Assembly (NCBI GenBank): GCA_964604275.1
Contig: CAZRYH010000002.1
Location: 2,413 to 66,412, forward strand
Source of the DNA: an uncultured Gammaproteobacteria bacterium
GTDB taxonomy: Bacteria > Patescibacteriota > Patescibacteriia > 2-12-FULL-60-25
Direction: 5' to 3'
DNA: 64,000 nucleotides
The notes below the pieces were generated by a model. The model ran no database searches, had not been told where the DNA came from, and saw nothing but the letters and a program-made list of their open reading frames with translations. Shown here one piece after another: positions 9,301 through 18,623 of this stretch. Position 1 is the first letter of the stretch, and the number at the start of each line of letters is the position of its first letter. The position numbers and the translations under genes were made by a program.

Positions 9301-10230
9301 TTATGCCGCCTGGAGTGAGGCATAGAGTCTGATTGTCTTGCGCGCGTTGGGCTCGAGCGGCAAATCGCGCAACGCCGCGTCTGCTGGCATCCAGACGAAT
9401 TCTTGAGCTTCGTAGTTGAGAGTCACACGACGGTGCGGGGCGTGGGCCACGAAATCCACGAACAGGTGCGTGGTCGCTGGATCGTAGTAGCCGGAGCGGC
9501 GAATCTGATCGAAGGTACAGAGATGGGTTCCCACACGCGCGTCCAATCCCGTCTCTTCCTTGATCTCGCGCGCATACGCTTGCCGCACGCGTTCCCCGCG
9601 TTTGACCTTGCCACCCACCACGGAAAATTTGTCGTGCCATTTGTGCGTGCGCACCAGCAGTATGTCCGGCGGTCCGCGTCGTCGTTCGTGGGCGATGATG
9701 CCACCCGCGGCCACGACCGCATTAGGTGCGAGCAAATCTCGCCACTGTCCGTACATCCCGTGTTCATTGTGTCGCGCCCGGACTCTGGGCAATCCACCGT
9801 TCGCGACAATGAAGTCGTCCAACTCTTCGGCGGACCGAATGGCTTGTGGTGGGATGTAAGCCGGTAGGTCCGCGACTTTCGTGGAGAAGAAACACGGTAC
9901 GCCCAAGGAGTGCGCCACGCCGAGCTCATAAGCCGCGCTGCGTCCCAGCAGGCCGTCAGGATTAACGAAGTAGGCGAAACCACGTTTGCTGCACGCCTTG
10001 AGCAGATGCAGAAAATCCAGCTCCACAGCGCGTGGGTCCAAGTCGAGTTGTCCGTCCAGAAATACGAAACCGTCACGTTCGCCCGTGCGTTTGGTTTCGA
10101 TCGGATACAGCACGAAAATGCCACGCGATTCGAATTCGCGTTTTGCTTGGACGATGTCCGCAAAATGTCGGCGGTAAGAACCCAAGATGACGCAACGGAA
10201 ACCCGCATCGTCGTTCTTTGAAAGGTGCAT
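9301..10230 (-). CDS. NUDIX hydrolase fused to an N-terminal nucleoside 2-deoxyribosyltransferase-like domain
   Basis: Nudix box GGKVKRGERVRQAYAREIKEETGL in the C-terminal half. The N-terminal half (GRSAAYELGVAHSLGVPCF) looks like an NDT/Rossmann-like fold. Confidence 0.7.
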   Translation of the reverse strand: MHLSKNDDAGFRCVILGSYRRHFADIVQAKREFESRGIFVLYPIETKRTGERDGFVFLDGQLDLDPRAVELDFLHLLKACSKRGFAYFVNPDGLLGRSAAYELGVAHSLGVPCFFSTKVADLPAYIPPQAIRSAEELDDFIVANGGLPRVRARHNEHGMYGQWRDLLAPNAVVAAGGIIAHERRRGPPDILLVRTHKWHDKFSVVGGKVKRGERVRQAYAREIKEETGLDARVGTHLCTFDQIRRSGYYDPATTHLFVDFVAHAPHRRVTLNYEAQEFVWMPADAALRDLPLEPNARKTIRLYASLQAA

Positions 10231-10334
10231 GCGATCCTCCGGTCAAACTTTCTGTCTCGTGTGACGTTTTGTCAACGGGTCGTCACAGGTCGTCATGGGC
10301 CGTGATCGTCCTTCGTTGGTTTAAGACCTTCCCC

Positions 10335-10456
10335 GTAGAGACGCCATCGGATGGCGTCTCCTCCCCGCGTATCCATGGTCGTGGTTTGCTGGAACCGACG
10401 CAAGACAAAACAAAAACATAAACTAAACGTAGAGACGCAAGATTTTGCGTCTCTAC
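10335..10456. repeat. two palindromic GTAGAGACGC hairpin elements (REP-like)
   Basis: GAGACGCCATC-g-GATGGCGTCTC at 10338..10360 and GTAGAGACGCAA-gatt-TTGCGTCTCTAC at 10429..10456. Confidence 0.6.
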
Positions 10457-10602
10457 CTGATTGCGAATTGCGGACTCCGCATTTGTTTGTTGCGGCTTGG
10501 TCGGATCCGCCTTCGCTGAAGCTACGGCGGATTGTCGCGCCTCATTTTGAATGATGCGGCGCAACAAAAAAAGCCCCTGATGGGCTGAGATGGGAGTGTC
10601 TG

Positions 10603-11274
10603 TCAGAGTGCGGCGGCGCGGATGTCTTCGGCCGGGGCTGGCGTTTCGTCATAACGCATGAATACGGCGTCTTCCTCGTGGATGGGCGCGGCGTATGTGA
10701 CGGTGCGCTTGAGACTGCTGCGCGGTATGCACAATCGATCTTCGAGCTGATCAACGTGCTGGCAGATGTTGATGTAGTCCTGGATTATATGCCCCAGGGG
10801 AGTCGGGAATTTACCCTTTTCGAGATGTTCGCTGAGCATGCCTACATTGCCGGGCAGAATCATGGGCAGATTCTGGGGCACGTCGGGCGTTTTTCGTAAG
10901 GCCAGCGTTAGCTCGTCCATGAGACGGGCGCGTTCACGGCGCAGCTTGGGCAAGTCGATTTCCGCCTCCCGCAAACTGTTTCGATGCTCGACGTAACTGT
11001 GGAGCGCACGTAACAGCGTCGCGGCAAAGCGCGTGCTCGAATACATGGCGAGTATCAAAGTTGAGGCCAGACCAACCACGACCGAGGTGTTCGCCAGGAC
11101 CGTGTTGTCCTGATGGAAACCGGCTTTGTCGCCCGTGGCCAAAAGGATCAGGAACGAAGACGCGATTAGCGCGGTCATCAACGACATGACGAAGTTGAAG
11201 TCCCGTCTTGATTCTTCGTCCCCACGATTCTGTTTCCAGAAGTCCGACCAGCTTCTTCCCCCCACGTTACTCAT
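10603..11274 (-). CDS. hypothetical membrane protein
   Basis: ATG at 11274 preceded by AAGGAG. Two or three TM helices, then a soluble C-terminus. Confidence 0.5.
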   Translation of the reverse strand: MSNVGGRSWSDFWKQNRGDEESRRDFNFVMSLMTALIASSFLILLATGDKAGFHQDNTVLANTSVVVGLASTLILAMYSSTRFAATLLRALHSYVEHRNSLREAEIDLPKLRRERARLMDELTLALRKTPDVPQNLPMILPGNVGMLSEHLEKGKFPTPLGHIIQDYINICQHVDQLEDRLCIPRSSLKRTVTYAAPIHEEDAVFMRYDETPAPAEDIRAAAL

Positions 11275-11356
11275 GAATATCTCCTTTCGAGGAACAATAC
11301 GCAGACTAGTCAAAACATAGCCATTTGTCAAGGCTCTTAGGAGGCTTCATGTCGGC

Positions 11357-12040
11357 TTATGCTAGGGAGACTTCCTCCAGTTTTTTCGCGTCCTGGATTG
11401 AGTGTTCACCGATTCTGGTCCGGCGCAATTCGGTCAGGTACGCGCCGCAACCCAATTTCTCTCCCAGGTCGTGGGCCAATGATCTTATATATGTGCCAGA
11501 AGAGCAGGAGACGCGGAACTTTAAATCCGGCCAGGCGTAATCCAACAATTCGATTTCGCTAATGTCTACTTTTTTAGTCGGCCTCAGTGCCTCCACGTCT
11601 TTGCCAGCGCGCGCCAATTCATACAATTTTTGTCCTTTAACTTTTTTGGCAGAAAACGCCGGCGCTTTTTGTTCATACCCACCCAAGAAGCTCTTTAGAG
11701 CTTCGTCGCATGTCGCACGTCCCAGTATCTCAAGTTCTGCGACGCGGGACGCGGGACGTGCGACGATCTTTCCCGTCAGATCATACGTATCGCTTGTGAC
11801 TCCGAGCCTCGCTGTGGCTTCGTAGGTTTTGTCTAAGCCGACGTAGGTTTGGAGTTTTTTGGTGGCTTTGCCCACACCCAATATAAGGAGGCCCGTGGCG
11901 AACGGGTCGAGCGTGCCGGCGTGGCCCACCGCTCTGGTCTTGAAGATGCGACGTACGCGGTCCACCACGTCGTGACTGGTCATACCCGCGGGCTTGTCGA
12001 TCAACAGAATGGCCTCAAGGGGATTTTGATTATCTTCCAT
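11357..12040 (-). CDS. truB: tRNA pseudouridine(55) synthase TruB
   Basis: GMTSHDVV..GHAGTLDPFATGLLILGVG catalytic-Asp motif, 227 aa. Confidence 0.9.
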   Translation of the reverse strand: MEDNQNPLEAILLIDKPAGMTSHDVVDRVRRIFKTRAVGHAGTLDPFATGLLILGVGKATKKLQTYVGLDKTYEATARLGVTSDTYDLTGKIVARPASRVAELEILGRATCDEALKSFLGGYEQKAPAFSAKKVKGQKLYELARAGKDVEALRPTKKVDISEIELLDYAWPDLKFRVSCSSGTYIRSLAHDLGEKLGCGAYLTELRRTRIGEHSIQDAKKLEEVSLA

Positions 12041-12141
12041 AATATATGTGGGTAGAATGTAGCATGAAAATATGGGGGTGCGTAAAGTTTCACGGTTTTA
12101 CGATTGACTTTGTCCGTATTCATGGGTATTTTGGCAGGGTT

Positions 12142-13536
12142 ATGAAAACGGTTAAACCTTCCTTGCCCGCCGGCGTGCGCGATTATCTGCCGGCCGAAAT
12201 GTTGTTTCGCGACAAGGTGCTCTCTAAGATTCGCGAGACGTATGAAATCTTCGGATTCTCCCCGATAGAAACGCCGGCCATCGAACGCGAGGAGGTGCTC
12301 ACGGGAGGCAAGCCGTTGGATACCATAATTTGGCGCACCTCCACCAGCTCGCTGAAAGAAGGCGACGATGGTTTGGCTTTGCACTTCGATCTGACGGTTC
12401 CGCTTTCGCGCGTAGTCGCCGCCAACCCAGAGTTGCCGCGACCTTTCCGCAGATATCAATGTCAAAAGGTGTGGCGCGGCGAAAAGCCCCAGTCCGGGCG
12501 TTACCGTGAGTTCATGCAATTCGACGCGGATATAGTTGGCGCGTCGAGCGTACTAGCGGATGCGGAAATTGTGTGGCTCATGGTCACTACACTGAGGAAT
12601 TTGGGTTTCAACCGTTTCAAGGTCAGATTTTCCACGCGCAAAGTCTTGAACGCTTTGGCCGGAATGTTGGGTTTGGAACCGGGCAGCGATCAGGCGCGCG
12701 ATTTGTTTAGAATTTTGGACAAGCAGGACAAGATCGGTCGTGATGGTGTGGCGGCTTTGCTGGCCAAGTCGTTCGTGGATCAATCAGAACGTGACCCTAA
12801 CGATCCGGACGCCACGGAAAGCGGCTTAAGTTTTGACGCCGAGAAGTTGGAATTGGTGCGCGGTTTTTTGGGGATCTCTGGAGAAACGGAATCTGTTCTG
12901 GAGAATCTTGGTAATTTTTTCCGCGGCCGCAGCGAGTTGGGCGAGGAGGCGGTCCGGGATTTGACGGACATGAATCGTGGTTTGAATGATTTGAACGTCC
13001 CGGCCGAGAATTGGGCCGTGGATATTTCCGTGGCGCGCGGCCTTTCGTACTACACGGGTCCGGTGTTTGAGACCTCGTTGCTGGATTTGCCAGAAATCGG
13101 TTCCGTGATGAGCGGCGGACGTTACGACGATTTGGTCAAACGCTTCACTGGCGAGTCTTTGCCTGCCACAGGCGCTTCCATCGGCGTGGATCGGTTGTTC
13201 GCGGCTATGGAAAAATTGGGCATGGTGGAAACGTCAAAGACCAAAACCCGCGCCTTGGTTACGGTCATGGATCAGGAATTGGTCGGTGCGTGTCTGGGCG
13301 TCTTGCATTCGTTGCGCGATGCCCAAGTGGCTTCTGAGATTTATATGGGTGCGGATTTGGCACTCAAGGCGCAGATAGCGTATGCGTTGAACCAGGGGAT
13401 TCGTTTCATTGTGTTTTTGGGAAAATCAGAAGTGGCCAACGGCACGGTGCAGCTCAAGGACACTGTCAAACGCGAACAAATCGAAGTACCGCTTGAAAAA
13501 TTGGCAGACAAGATACAAGAGCTGTCCCTGGCTTGA
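12142..13536 (+). CDS. hisS: histidine--tRNA ligase
   Basis: Class II motifs (GVRDYLP, FRRYQCQKVWRGEKPQSGRYREFMQFDADIVG) and a C-terminal anticodon-binding-like domain. ATG at 12142 (track ORF starts at 12046). Confidence 0.85.
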   Translation: MKTVKPSLPAGVRDYLPAEMLFRDKVLSKIRETYEIFGFSPIETPAIEREEVLTGGKPLDTIIWRTSTSSLKEGDDGLALHFDLTVPLSRVVAANPELPRPFRRYQCQKVWRGEKPQSGRYREFMQFDADIVGASSVLADAEIVWLMVTTLRNLGFNRFKVRFSTRKVLNALAGMLGLEPGSDQARDLFRILDKQDKIGRDGVAALLAKSFVDQSERDPNDPDATESGLSFDAEKLELVRGFLGISGETESVLENLGNFFRGRSELGEEAVRDLTDMNRGLNDLNVPAENWAVDISVARGLSYYTGPVFETSLLDLPEIGSVMSGGRYDDLVKRFTGESLPATGASIGVDRLFAAMEKLGMVETSKTKTRALVTVMDQELVGACLGVLHSLRDAQVASEIYMGADLALKAQIAYALNQGIRFIVFLGKSEVANGTVQLKDTVKREQIEVPLEKLADKIQELSLA

Positions 13537-13678
13537 ACCACTTTACGGAGTGCTGAATGACCGCCGGTTAGCAGGCGGTCTTTTTTTGGTGTTGGCTATT
13601 GACCCAAGCGACAATCCATGATATTAAACGGTTCTCGATTTACGCGCTCGCATTATTTTTTGCGCAGAAGGAGGAGGC

Positions 13679-14323
13679 GTGAAAACGAAGTGTTATTTTC
13701 CGGCTTTGATGGGTTTGAATTCACCCCACACGGAACGCAGCGGGACCATCGTGTTGCTGAGTTACAACGCGAGCTACAGGCCCAGGTACGAATGCGGTCA
13801 CATCTCTGATGCCGCCCGCGTCTATCGCTGTCCTCCGGAGTTGGTGGAGCAAGCCAAACGACTGCAGTTGCTGGCCAGTACCGACGGCATGGGAGACGTC
13901 CTTCTGTTCGACCAGAATGGCCGGGGAAGTCGGGGGACCGGGACGGGTTACCGCATTACGCAAACTTGTCCCGCCTGCACCTTTGAGATGTTGTTGCGCA
14001 CGCGTCCGGCTTGCGCCTTGTGCAACAGCCAACTGTTGCCTGGTCGTGTCGTGTACCTCGTGCATGAGGAGAGCATCCGCAAGATCCATGTGAACGGCAA
14101 GACCCAGATGCCCGCAGGGGCGTTGCGCTTGAGCGGCAGAAAGCCGCATCTCCTGTGTTGCGATGCGCCCAAATGTAGGCGACTGGCGCGCGGATGCGAA
14201 TCCCTGGAGTTCGACCCTAGGATCATCGAAAGCCGCATTGAGCGCGCCCAGCGCAAGACCAAAGACGACCAAGAGGCCGCCAAGCCTCGGCGCCGCTGCA
14301 CCATCAGTTCCTACGGCATGTGA
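13679..14323 (+). CDS. hypothetical Cys-rich protein (strand uncertain)
   Basis: 214-aa ORF with CPAC and CALC pairs. A similarly long antisense ORF (13721..14344) exists in this GC-rich stretch. Confidence 0.3.
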   Translation: MKTKCYFPALMGLNSPHTERSGTIVLLSYNASYRPRYECGHISDAARVYRCPPELVEQAKRLQLLASTDGMGDVLLFDQNGRGSRGTGTGYRITQTCPACTFEMLLRTRPACALCNSQLLPGRVVYLVHEESIRKIHVNGKTQMPAGALRLSGRKPHLLCCDAPKCRRLARGCESLEFDPRIIESRIERAQRKTKDDQEAAKPRRRCTISSYGM

Positions 14324-14395
14324 CCGCGTGCCGAATCTCCACACCGTCTCAGACTGAGGCGGTTTTTCAATATAAAAAAATAGACCTTTAGGGGT

Positions 14396-14644
14396 CTAAG
14401 AGTTGGGCGGCAGTTTGCCTTTGGCGCGTAGGTCCTTTTCCAGTTGCAGGTAGACCTTGGCCGCGTTGTCTTCGTCCAACATGAGCAGTTGGACCACGTC
14501 CTTGGCCGCGACCAGTTGTTTGATCTGGAATTCGCGATCCTCCCGCTTTTCGATGCGTTTGGCGCGGGTGCGCAGTGCGGTCGTGATGGTCCAGACCACG
14601 GCGCTGAGGATACCCAGAACGACTAACGCGTCGACGATGAGCAT
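14396..14644 (-). CDS. small single-pass membrane protein downstream of the SPFH gene
   Basis: ATG at 14644 lies 1 nt after the SPFH stop codon. One TM helix. A terminator hairpin overlaps the stop codon (about 14376..14400). Confidence 0.45.
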   Translation of the reverse strand: MLIVDALVVLGILSAVVWTITTALRTRAKRIEKREDREFQIKQLVAAKDVVQLLMLDEDNAAKVYLQLEKDLRAKGKLPPNS

Positions 14645-14645
14645 G

Positions 14646-15455
14646 TCATTTCCCCTGTGCGGGCGGCGGGGCCGGGGGCATGGGTTTGGCGCCACCCTGG
14701 CCGGGTGCCACCATCAGATTGGGCACGGGCGCCGCGATCACCAGATTGCCGTGTTCGCCGGCTTCCTTGTAGATGCCGGGCATCATGCTCTGCATGTTGT
14801 ACTGCAGATACTCCGGATTGCGTCGCAGGGCCGCGCCGATGCGATCGATGCGCGCGGCTTCGTTGTCGCCTTCGGATTCCGCGAGCTTGCGCCGCATGCC
14901 CGTGGTTTCGATTTCGGCGGTCACGCGGTCGCGTTCCGCGATGGCCTTGTCCTTGAAGATGCCCTGAACGGCCCGTTCGGTATTGGCCTTGATCATGGCA
15001 TCCGGGAACATCATGTTGTTCAGGCTCAGTTCGTAAATCGTGACCAGCTTGGGGTTCTGTTTGTTCACGATCTCATGGAAGCGCTTGTCGATGGATGCGT
15101 AAATCTCTTCGCGCTTGTTGTTGATGTCGTTGGCGTTGTGAGGCGAGACAGAGACGCGTACGGCTTCGCCCAAGGCCGGACGTACGTACAGCTCGTAGAT
15201 TTGCTGCGAGGTGATGACGAGCTTGTTCTCGGTCGGGGCCACCTTGGAGAGCAGGGCCGTGACCGAGGCGTCGTCTTCGCAGTTGGCGCTGTAACGCACG
15301 TACACGTCCATGCCAAACTGCACGCCATCTTTGGTCAGGGCCGAGAGTTGCTCCTTAGGGTTCTGCTGGGAGCAGTCGACCATGCGGACTTCCGGATAGA
15401 TGCCCGTATAATAGGTGCCTGGTCCAAGGATCGGGGCCTTCAAAGCCCTTGCCAC
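14646..15455 (-). CDS. SPFH/band-7 (prohibitin-like) domain protein, main frame
   Basis: SPFH-like core (LTKDGVQFGMDVYVRYS..), coiled C-terminus, Pro-rich tail. Lacks its own N-terminus (see 15355..15603). Confidence 0.7.
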   Translation of the reverse strand: MARALKAPILGPGTYYTGIYPEVRMVDCSQQNPKEQLSALTKDGVQFGMDVYVRYSANCEDDASVTALLSKVAPTENKLVITSQQIYELYVRPALGEAVRVSVSPHNANDINNKREEIYASIDKRFHEIVNKQNPKLVTIYELSLNNMMFPDAMIKANTERAVQGIFKDKAIAERDRVTAEIETTGMRRKLAESEGDNEAARIDRIGAALRRNPEYLQYNMQSMMPGIYKEAGEHGNLVIAAPVPNLMVAPGQGGAKPMPPAPPPAQGK

Positions 15456-15603
15456 CGGACCACAAGGCCATGGCCCCGGTCTTGTCGAACATGCGTCCCT
15501 TGTGTGCCTGAGGCACGTCTTGGCTATTGCAGCCCAGGGACAAGGCGGAGAAGACGATTGCTGATGCGCAAACGAGGAAACGGGATGTGAAAGTGCTCTT
15601 CAT
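15355..15603 (-). CDS. lipoprotein signal peptide fragment, probable frame-shifted N-terminus of the SPFH gene
   Basis: MKSTFTSRFLVCASAIVFSALSLGC lipobox. The frame overlaps 14646..15455 and joins it if one base of the G4 run at 15433..15436 is removed. Confidence 0.5.
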   Translation of the reverse strand: MKSTFTSRFLVCASAIVFSALSLGCNSQDVPQAHKGRMFDKTGAMALWSGGKGFEGPDPWTRHLLYGHLSGSPHGRLLPAEP

Positions 15604-15764
15604 GTCAGACTCCCTGTGTTGTTCCGGACTTCGACGTGGCCAGATGTAAGCAGTGAAAAGCTATTTTGTCAATGGCGCCACATCGTTCATTCTGAGGCGC
15701 CCCGTCACCTGCATCACATTCCGATTTCTTGACGGTTGGGCCAAAAAAGCCTATAGTGCACCGC

Positions 15765-17798
15765 ATGAATGTAAGCGATTTGGCCCGACGCCTGCGCGTC
15801 ACCCCACAAGAGTTGCTGGATAAATTGCCGCTACTCGGTTTTGACATTGGCGCTCGCGCCATCAAATTGGATAACCAGATGGCGGAAAAGATTTTCCGCA
15901 AATGGGTTGAGAAGGAACGTCGCGAAAGGTTGCGCGGCCAACTGCTCGCTTCCAGCAAAAAGATGCACGACGTGGGCGGCGAAGCCATACCCAAAAAGTC
16001 CATAACCTTGCCCTCCATCATCGTGGTGCGCGAACTGGCCGGAAAGCTGAACCTCCCGGTCACTCGCGTGATTCAGGAACTGATGCGCGCCGGTATTTTG
16101 GCATCGCAGAATGAACGTTTGGATTTTGAGACCGCGGCCATCATCGCGGACGAGTTGGGTTTTGAAGCCAAACAGGAAACCGAGACCGCGGAAATAACGG
16201 CTTCACTTTCGGACCAGGACAGGTTGCGCGAGGTTTTGGATCAAGAGAAAACAGTCGAAGCCACCCTCAAGCCGCGCCCTCCAGTCGTGGTTGTCATGGG
16301 TCACGTGGACCACGGCAAGACGCGTACGCTCGACGCCATCCGACGTACCAACGTCATGGAAGGCGAAGCCGGCGGCATCACGCAGCATATCGGCGCCTAT
16401 CAGGTCACGCGCAAAGGCCGTCTTCTGACCTTCATCGACACTCCGGGCCACGAGGCCTTCACTGTCATGCGTTCGCGTGGCGCCAAAGTCGCGGATATCG
16501 CCATTTTGGTAGTGGCTGCGGACGACGGCGTGCAACCCCAAACCAAAGAAGTCATCGACATCATACATGCGGCCAAGTTGCCCTTTGTGGTGGCCATGAA
16601 CAAAATCGATAAACCAGAAGCCGACCCAGACCGCGTTTTGGCCCAATTGGGAGAAGCGGGAGTGACTACAGAAGCCTGGGGAGGCAGCGTGCCCATGATT
16701 AAGATTTCAGCCAAGAAAGGTGAGGGTATCGACGACCTTCTGGAGACCTTGCTGTTGGTGGCTGATTTGAATGCCGAGCAGATTCGGGCCAACCCAGACC
16801 GCCGCGCCATCGGTACGATCATCGAATCGCACGTGGACAAGGGCGAAGGTCCGGTGGCTACGGTTTTGGTGCAAAGCGGCACGCTACATCGCAACGATCC
16901 CATCGGCATCCGCAGCGAGTTCTATGGGCGCGTACGTGCCATGCGCGATTGGAAAGGTGAGGCAGTGGATGCTGTGCCTCCTGGCATGCCGGTCAAAATT
17001 TTAGGCTTCCGCGTCGCGCCGTCCGTCGGCGACATTATGGAAGTCCCGGAAAGCGCCAATGCGCTCGAGAAGGTTAAACCCAAAACTGTGTCCCAACTCG
17101 GTACGCAGTTTACGGCCGTCAAAACTCAAAGCTCCAACGATCAAACCGAAGACAAGAAGGCCACCCTGAACGTCGTTATCAAAGCCGACGTGCTCGGTTC
17201 ATTGGAAGCCATTTTGGGCATGTTCGAAAAAATCCAACACGAAGCCGTGGCCGTGGATGTGATCAAAAAGGGTCTGGGCAATGTGGTGGAAACGGATATT
17301 GATGCGGCCTACAACGCCCCGCCTTCCGTGGTATACGGCTTCAATACGGTCGCGACTCCGGCAGCTAACATATTGGGCCGCGACAAAGGGGTCGAGATCA
17401 AGCAGTTTAAAATCATTTACGAATTGATGGACGACGTGGTTGCCAGACTGAACAAGTTGTTGCCACCTGAAGTCATACGCACTTCGTTGGGCGAGGCCGA
17501 TGTGGCTGCCATCTTCCGCACCGAACGCGACCGCATGGTCGTGGGTTGCAAGGTCAAAAAGGGGAGTGTGGCCAAAGGCGCCAAGGTCATCGTGTGGCGC
17601 AAAGAAGGAGAAACCGAACAACCCATGGGCGAAGGTACGGTGGATTCGGTGCAGGTCGGCAAAGAACAGGTGCGCGACGTGTACCAAGGCCAGGAGTGCG
17701 GCATCTCGTACCATGGCAAGGAGAAACTGCAGGTAGGCGACCGACTGGAAGTCTTCCACGAGGAAACCAAGGTCAGGCGTGTGGAAATACAACGATAA
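15765..17798 (+). CDS. infB: translation initiation factor IF-2
   Basis: G domain VVVMGHVDHGKTRTLD, DTPGHEAF, NKID, plus IF2 C-terminal domains. ATG at 15765 (track ORF starts at TTG 15729). Confidence 0.95.
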   Translation: MNVSDLARRLRVTPQELLDKLPLLGFDIGARAIKLDNQMAEKIFRKWVEKERRERLRGQLLASSKKMHDVGGEAIPKKSITLPSIIVVRELAGKLNLPVTRVIQELMRAGILASQNERLDFETAAIIADELGFEAKQETETAEITASLSDQDRLREVLDQEKTVEATLKPRPPVVVVMGHVDHGKTRTLDAIRRTNVMEGEAGGITQHIGAYQVTRKGRLLTFIDTPGHEAFTVMRSRGAKVADIAILVVAADDGVQPQTKEVIDIIHAAKLPFVVAMNKIDKPEADPDRVLAQLGEAGVTTEAWGGSVPMIKISAKKGEGIDDLLETLLLVADLNAEQIRANPDRRAIGTIIESHVDKGEGPVATVLVQSGTLHRNDPIGIRSEFYGRVRAMRDWKGEAVDAVPPGMPVKILGFRVAPSVGDIMEVPESANALEKVKPKTVSQLGTQFTAVKTQSSNDQTEDKKATLNVVIKADVLGSLEAILGMFEKIQHEAVAVDVIKKGLGNVVETDIDAAYNAPPSVVYGFNTVATPAANILGRDKGVEIKQFKIIYELMDDVVARLNKLLPPEVIRTSLGEADVAAIFRTERDRMVVGCKVKKGSVAKGAKVIVWRKEGETEQPMGEGTVDSVQVGKEQVRDVYQGQECGISYHGKEKLQVGDRLEVFHEETKVRRVEIQR

Positions 17799-17808
17799 AA
17801 CAACGAAG

Positions 17809-17840
17809 CTCCCCTGGAAAAAACACCAGGGGAGTTTTTT
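17809..17840 (+). terminator. rho-independent terminator after infB
   Basis: CTCCCCTGG-7nt-CCAGGGGAG followed by T7. Confidence 0.7.
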
Positions 17841-17867
17841 TGACTTAACTTTTTCCGGGGCGTATAA
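17839..17867 (+). promoter_or_regulatory. sigma70-like promoter for trxA (TTGACT-17-TATAAC)
   Basis: Hexamers at 17839..17844 and 17862..17867 with a 17-nt spacer. Confidence 0.45.
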
Positions 17868-17959
17868 CAGCCGTAAAGTGGATTGGGACGCATGCACCGG
17901 CATGTGAATAGGGTGGTGGACGCGAATAATTCACTTTCTTTTATTCCTAAAGAAATCTT

Positions 17960-18277
17960 ATGGAACATACTTTCACCGACGCGAATTTTGACGCCGAAGT
18001 TCTCAAATCTGATGTGCCCGTAATGGTGGATTTTTGGGCTCCGTGGTGCGGACCTTGCCGCATGATGGCTCCCATCATTGAAGAGTTGGCTGACGAGATG
18101 GAAGGCAAGGTCAAGGTCGGAAAATTGAACGTGGATGAAAACGCCAACGTAGCCGGCCAATTCGGCATCATGTCCATCCCCACCTTTTTGGTTTTTAAAA
18201 ACGGCATGGTGGCAGAACAGATCGTCGGCGGCTTGACCAAGGATGCTTTGAAGGAAAAGCTGAACAAAGTGGTTTAA
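17960..18277 (+). CDS. trxA: thioredoxin
   Basis: 105 aa, [10 protein letters not shown] active site. Confidence 0.95.
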   Translation: MEHTFTDANFDAEVLKSDVPVMVDFWAPWCGPCRMMAPIIEELADEMEGKVKVGKLNVDENANVAGQFGIMSIPTFLVFKNGMVAEQIVGGLTKDALKEKLNKVV

Positions 18278-18297
18278 AAATATTTTGCGGAAAAATG

Positions 18298-18320
18298 AAC
18301 GGCGCGGCAACGCGCCGTTT
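18298..18320 (+). terminator. terminator hairpin after trxA
   Basis: AACGGCGCG-gcaa-CGCGCCGTT. The T tract is weak. Confidence 0.5.
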
Positions 18321-18394
18321 GTGATAAATATGGAGGCGGATCCCTCCCTTCAGGGCTGCGGTCTATGTCCCGGCGGGCAAGACCCCTCCCGGCC

Positions 18395-18423
18395 TTGACT
18401 TTAGGCTTGGATTGGCCTATATT
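18395..18423 (+). promoter_or_regulatory. sigma70-like promoter upstream of rpsP (TTGACT-17-TATATT)
   Basis: Hexamers at 18395..18400 and 18418..18423. Implies a leader of about 195 nt. Confidence 0.45.
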
Positions 18424-18513
18424 GTGGCCATCGTCAAGCTTTGGTTTAGTAGGCCAAAGACAAGCTCTCACGGCTCCGGGTCTGGTAGCCCAAAGCCCAA
18501 AGCATGGGAATCT

Positions 18514-18623
18514 CGAATTGCGAATTACGAATCACAAGGATCAGAAATGACCTGATTCGTAACAGTAAGACGTCCGATTTCCGTGTATCTCGTAATTCGT
18601 AATTCCCTTCGTAATTCGTAATT
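18514..18623. repeat. inverted ATTACGAAT/ATTCGTAAT repeat arms in the rpsP leader
   Basis: CGAATTGCGAATTACGAAT at 18514..18532, opposed by CGTAATTCGTAATT at 18591..18604 and 18610..18623, ending at the rpsP ATG. Confidence 0.6.

Noticed and set aside
13721-14344. Minus-strand 207-aa ORF opposite the 13679..14323 (+) ORF.
   Set aside because: Neither frame has a recognisable motif. The plus frame was kept at low confidence because of its paired CxxC motifs. The minus product is Ala/Gly/Arg-rich low complexity. The call stays unresolved without homology data.
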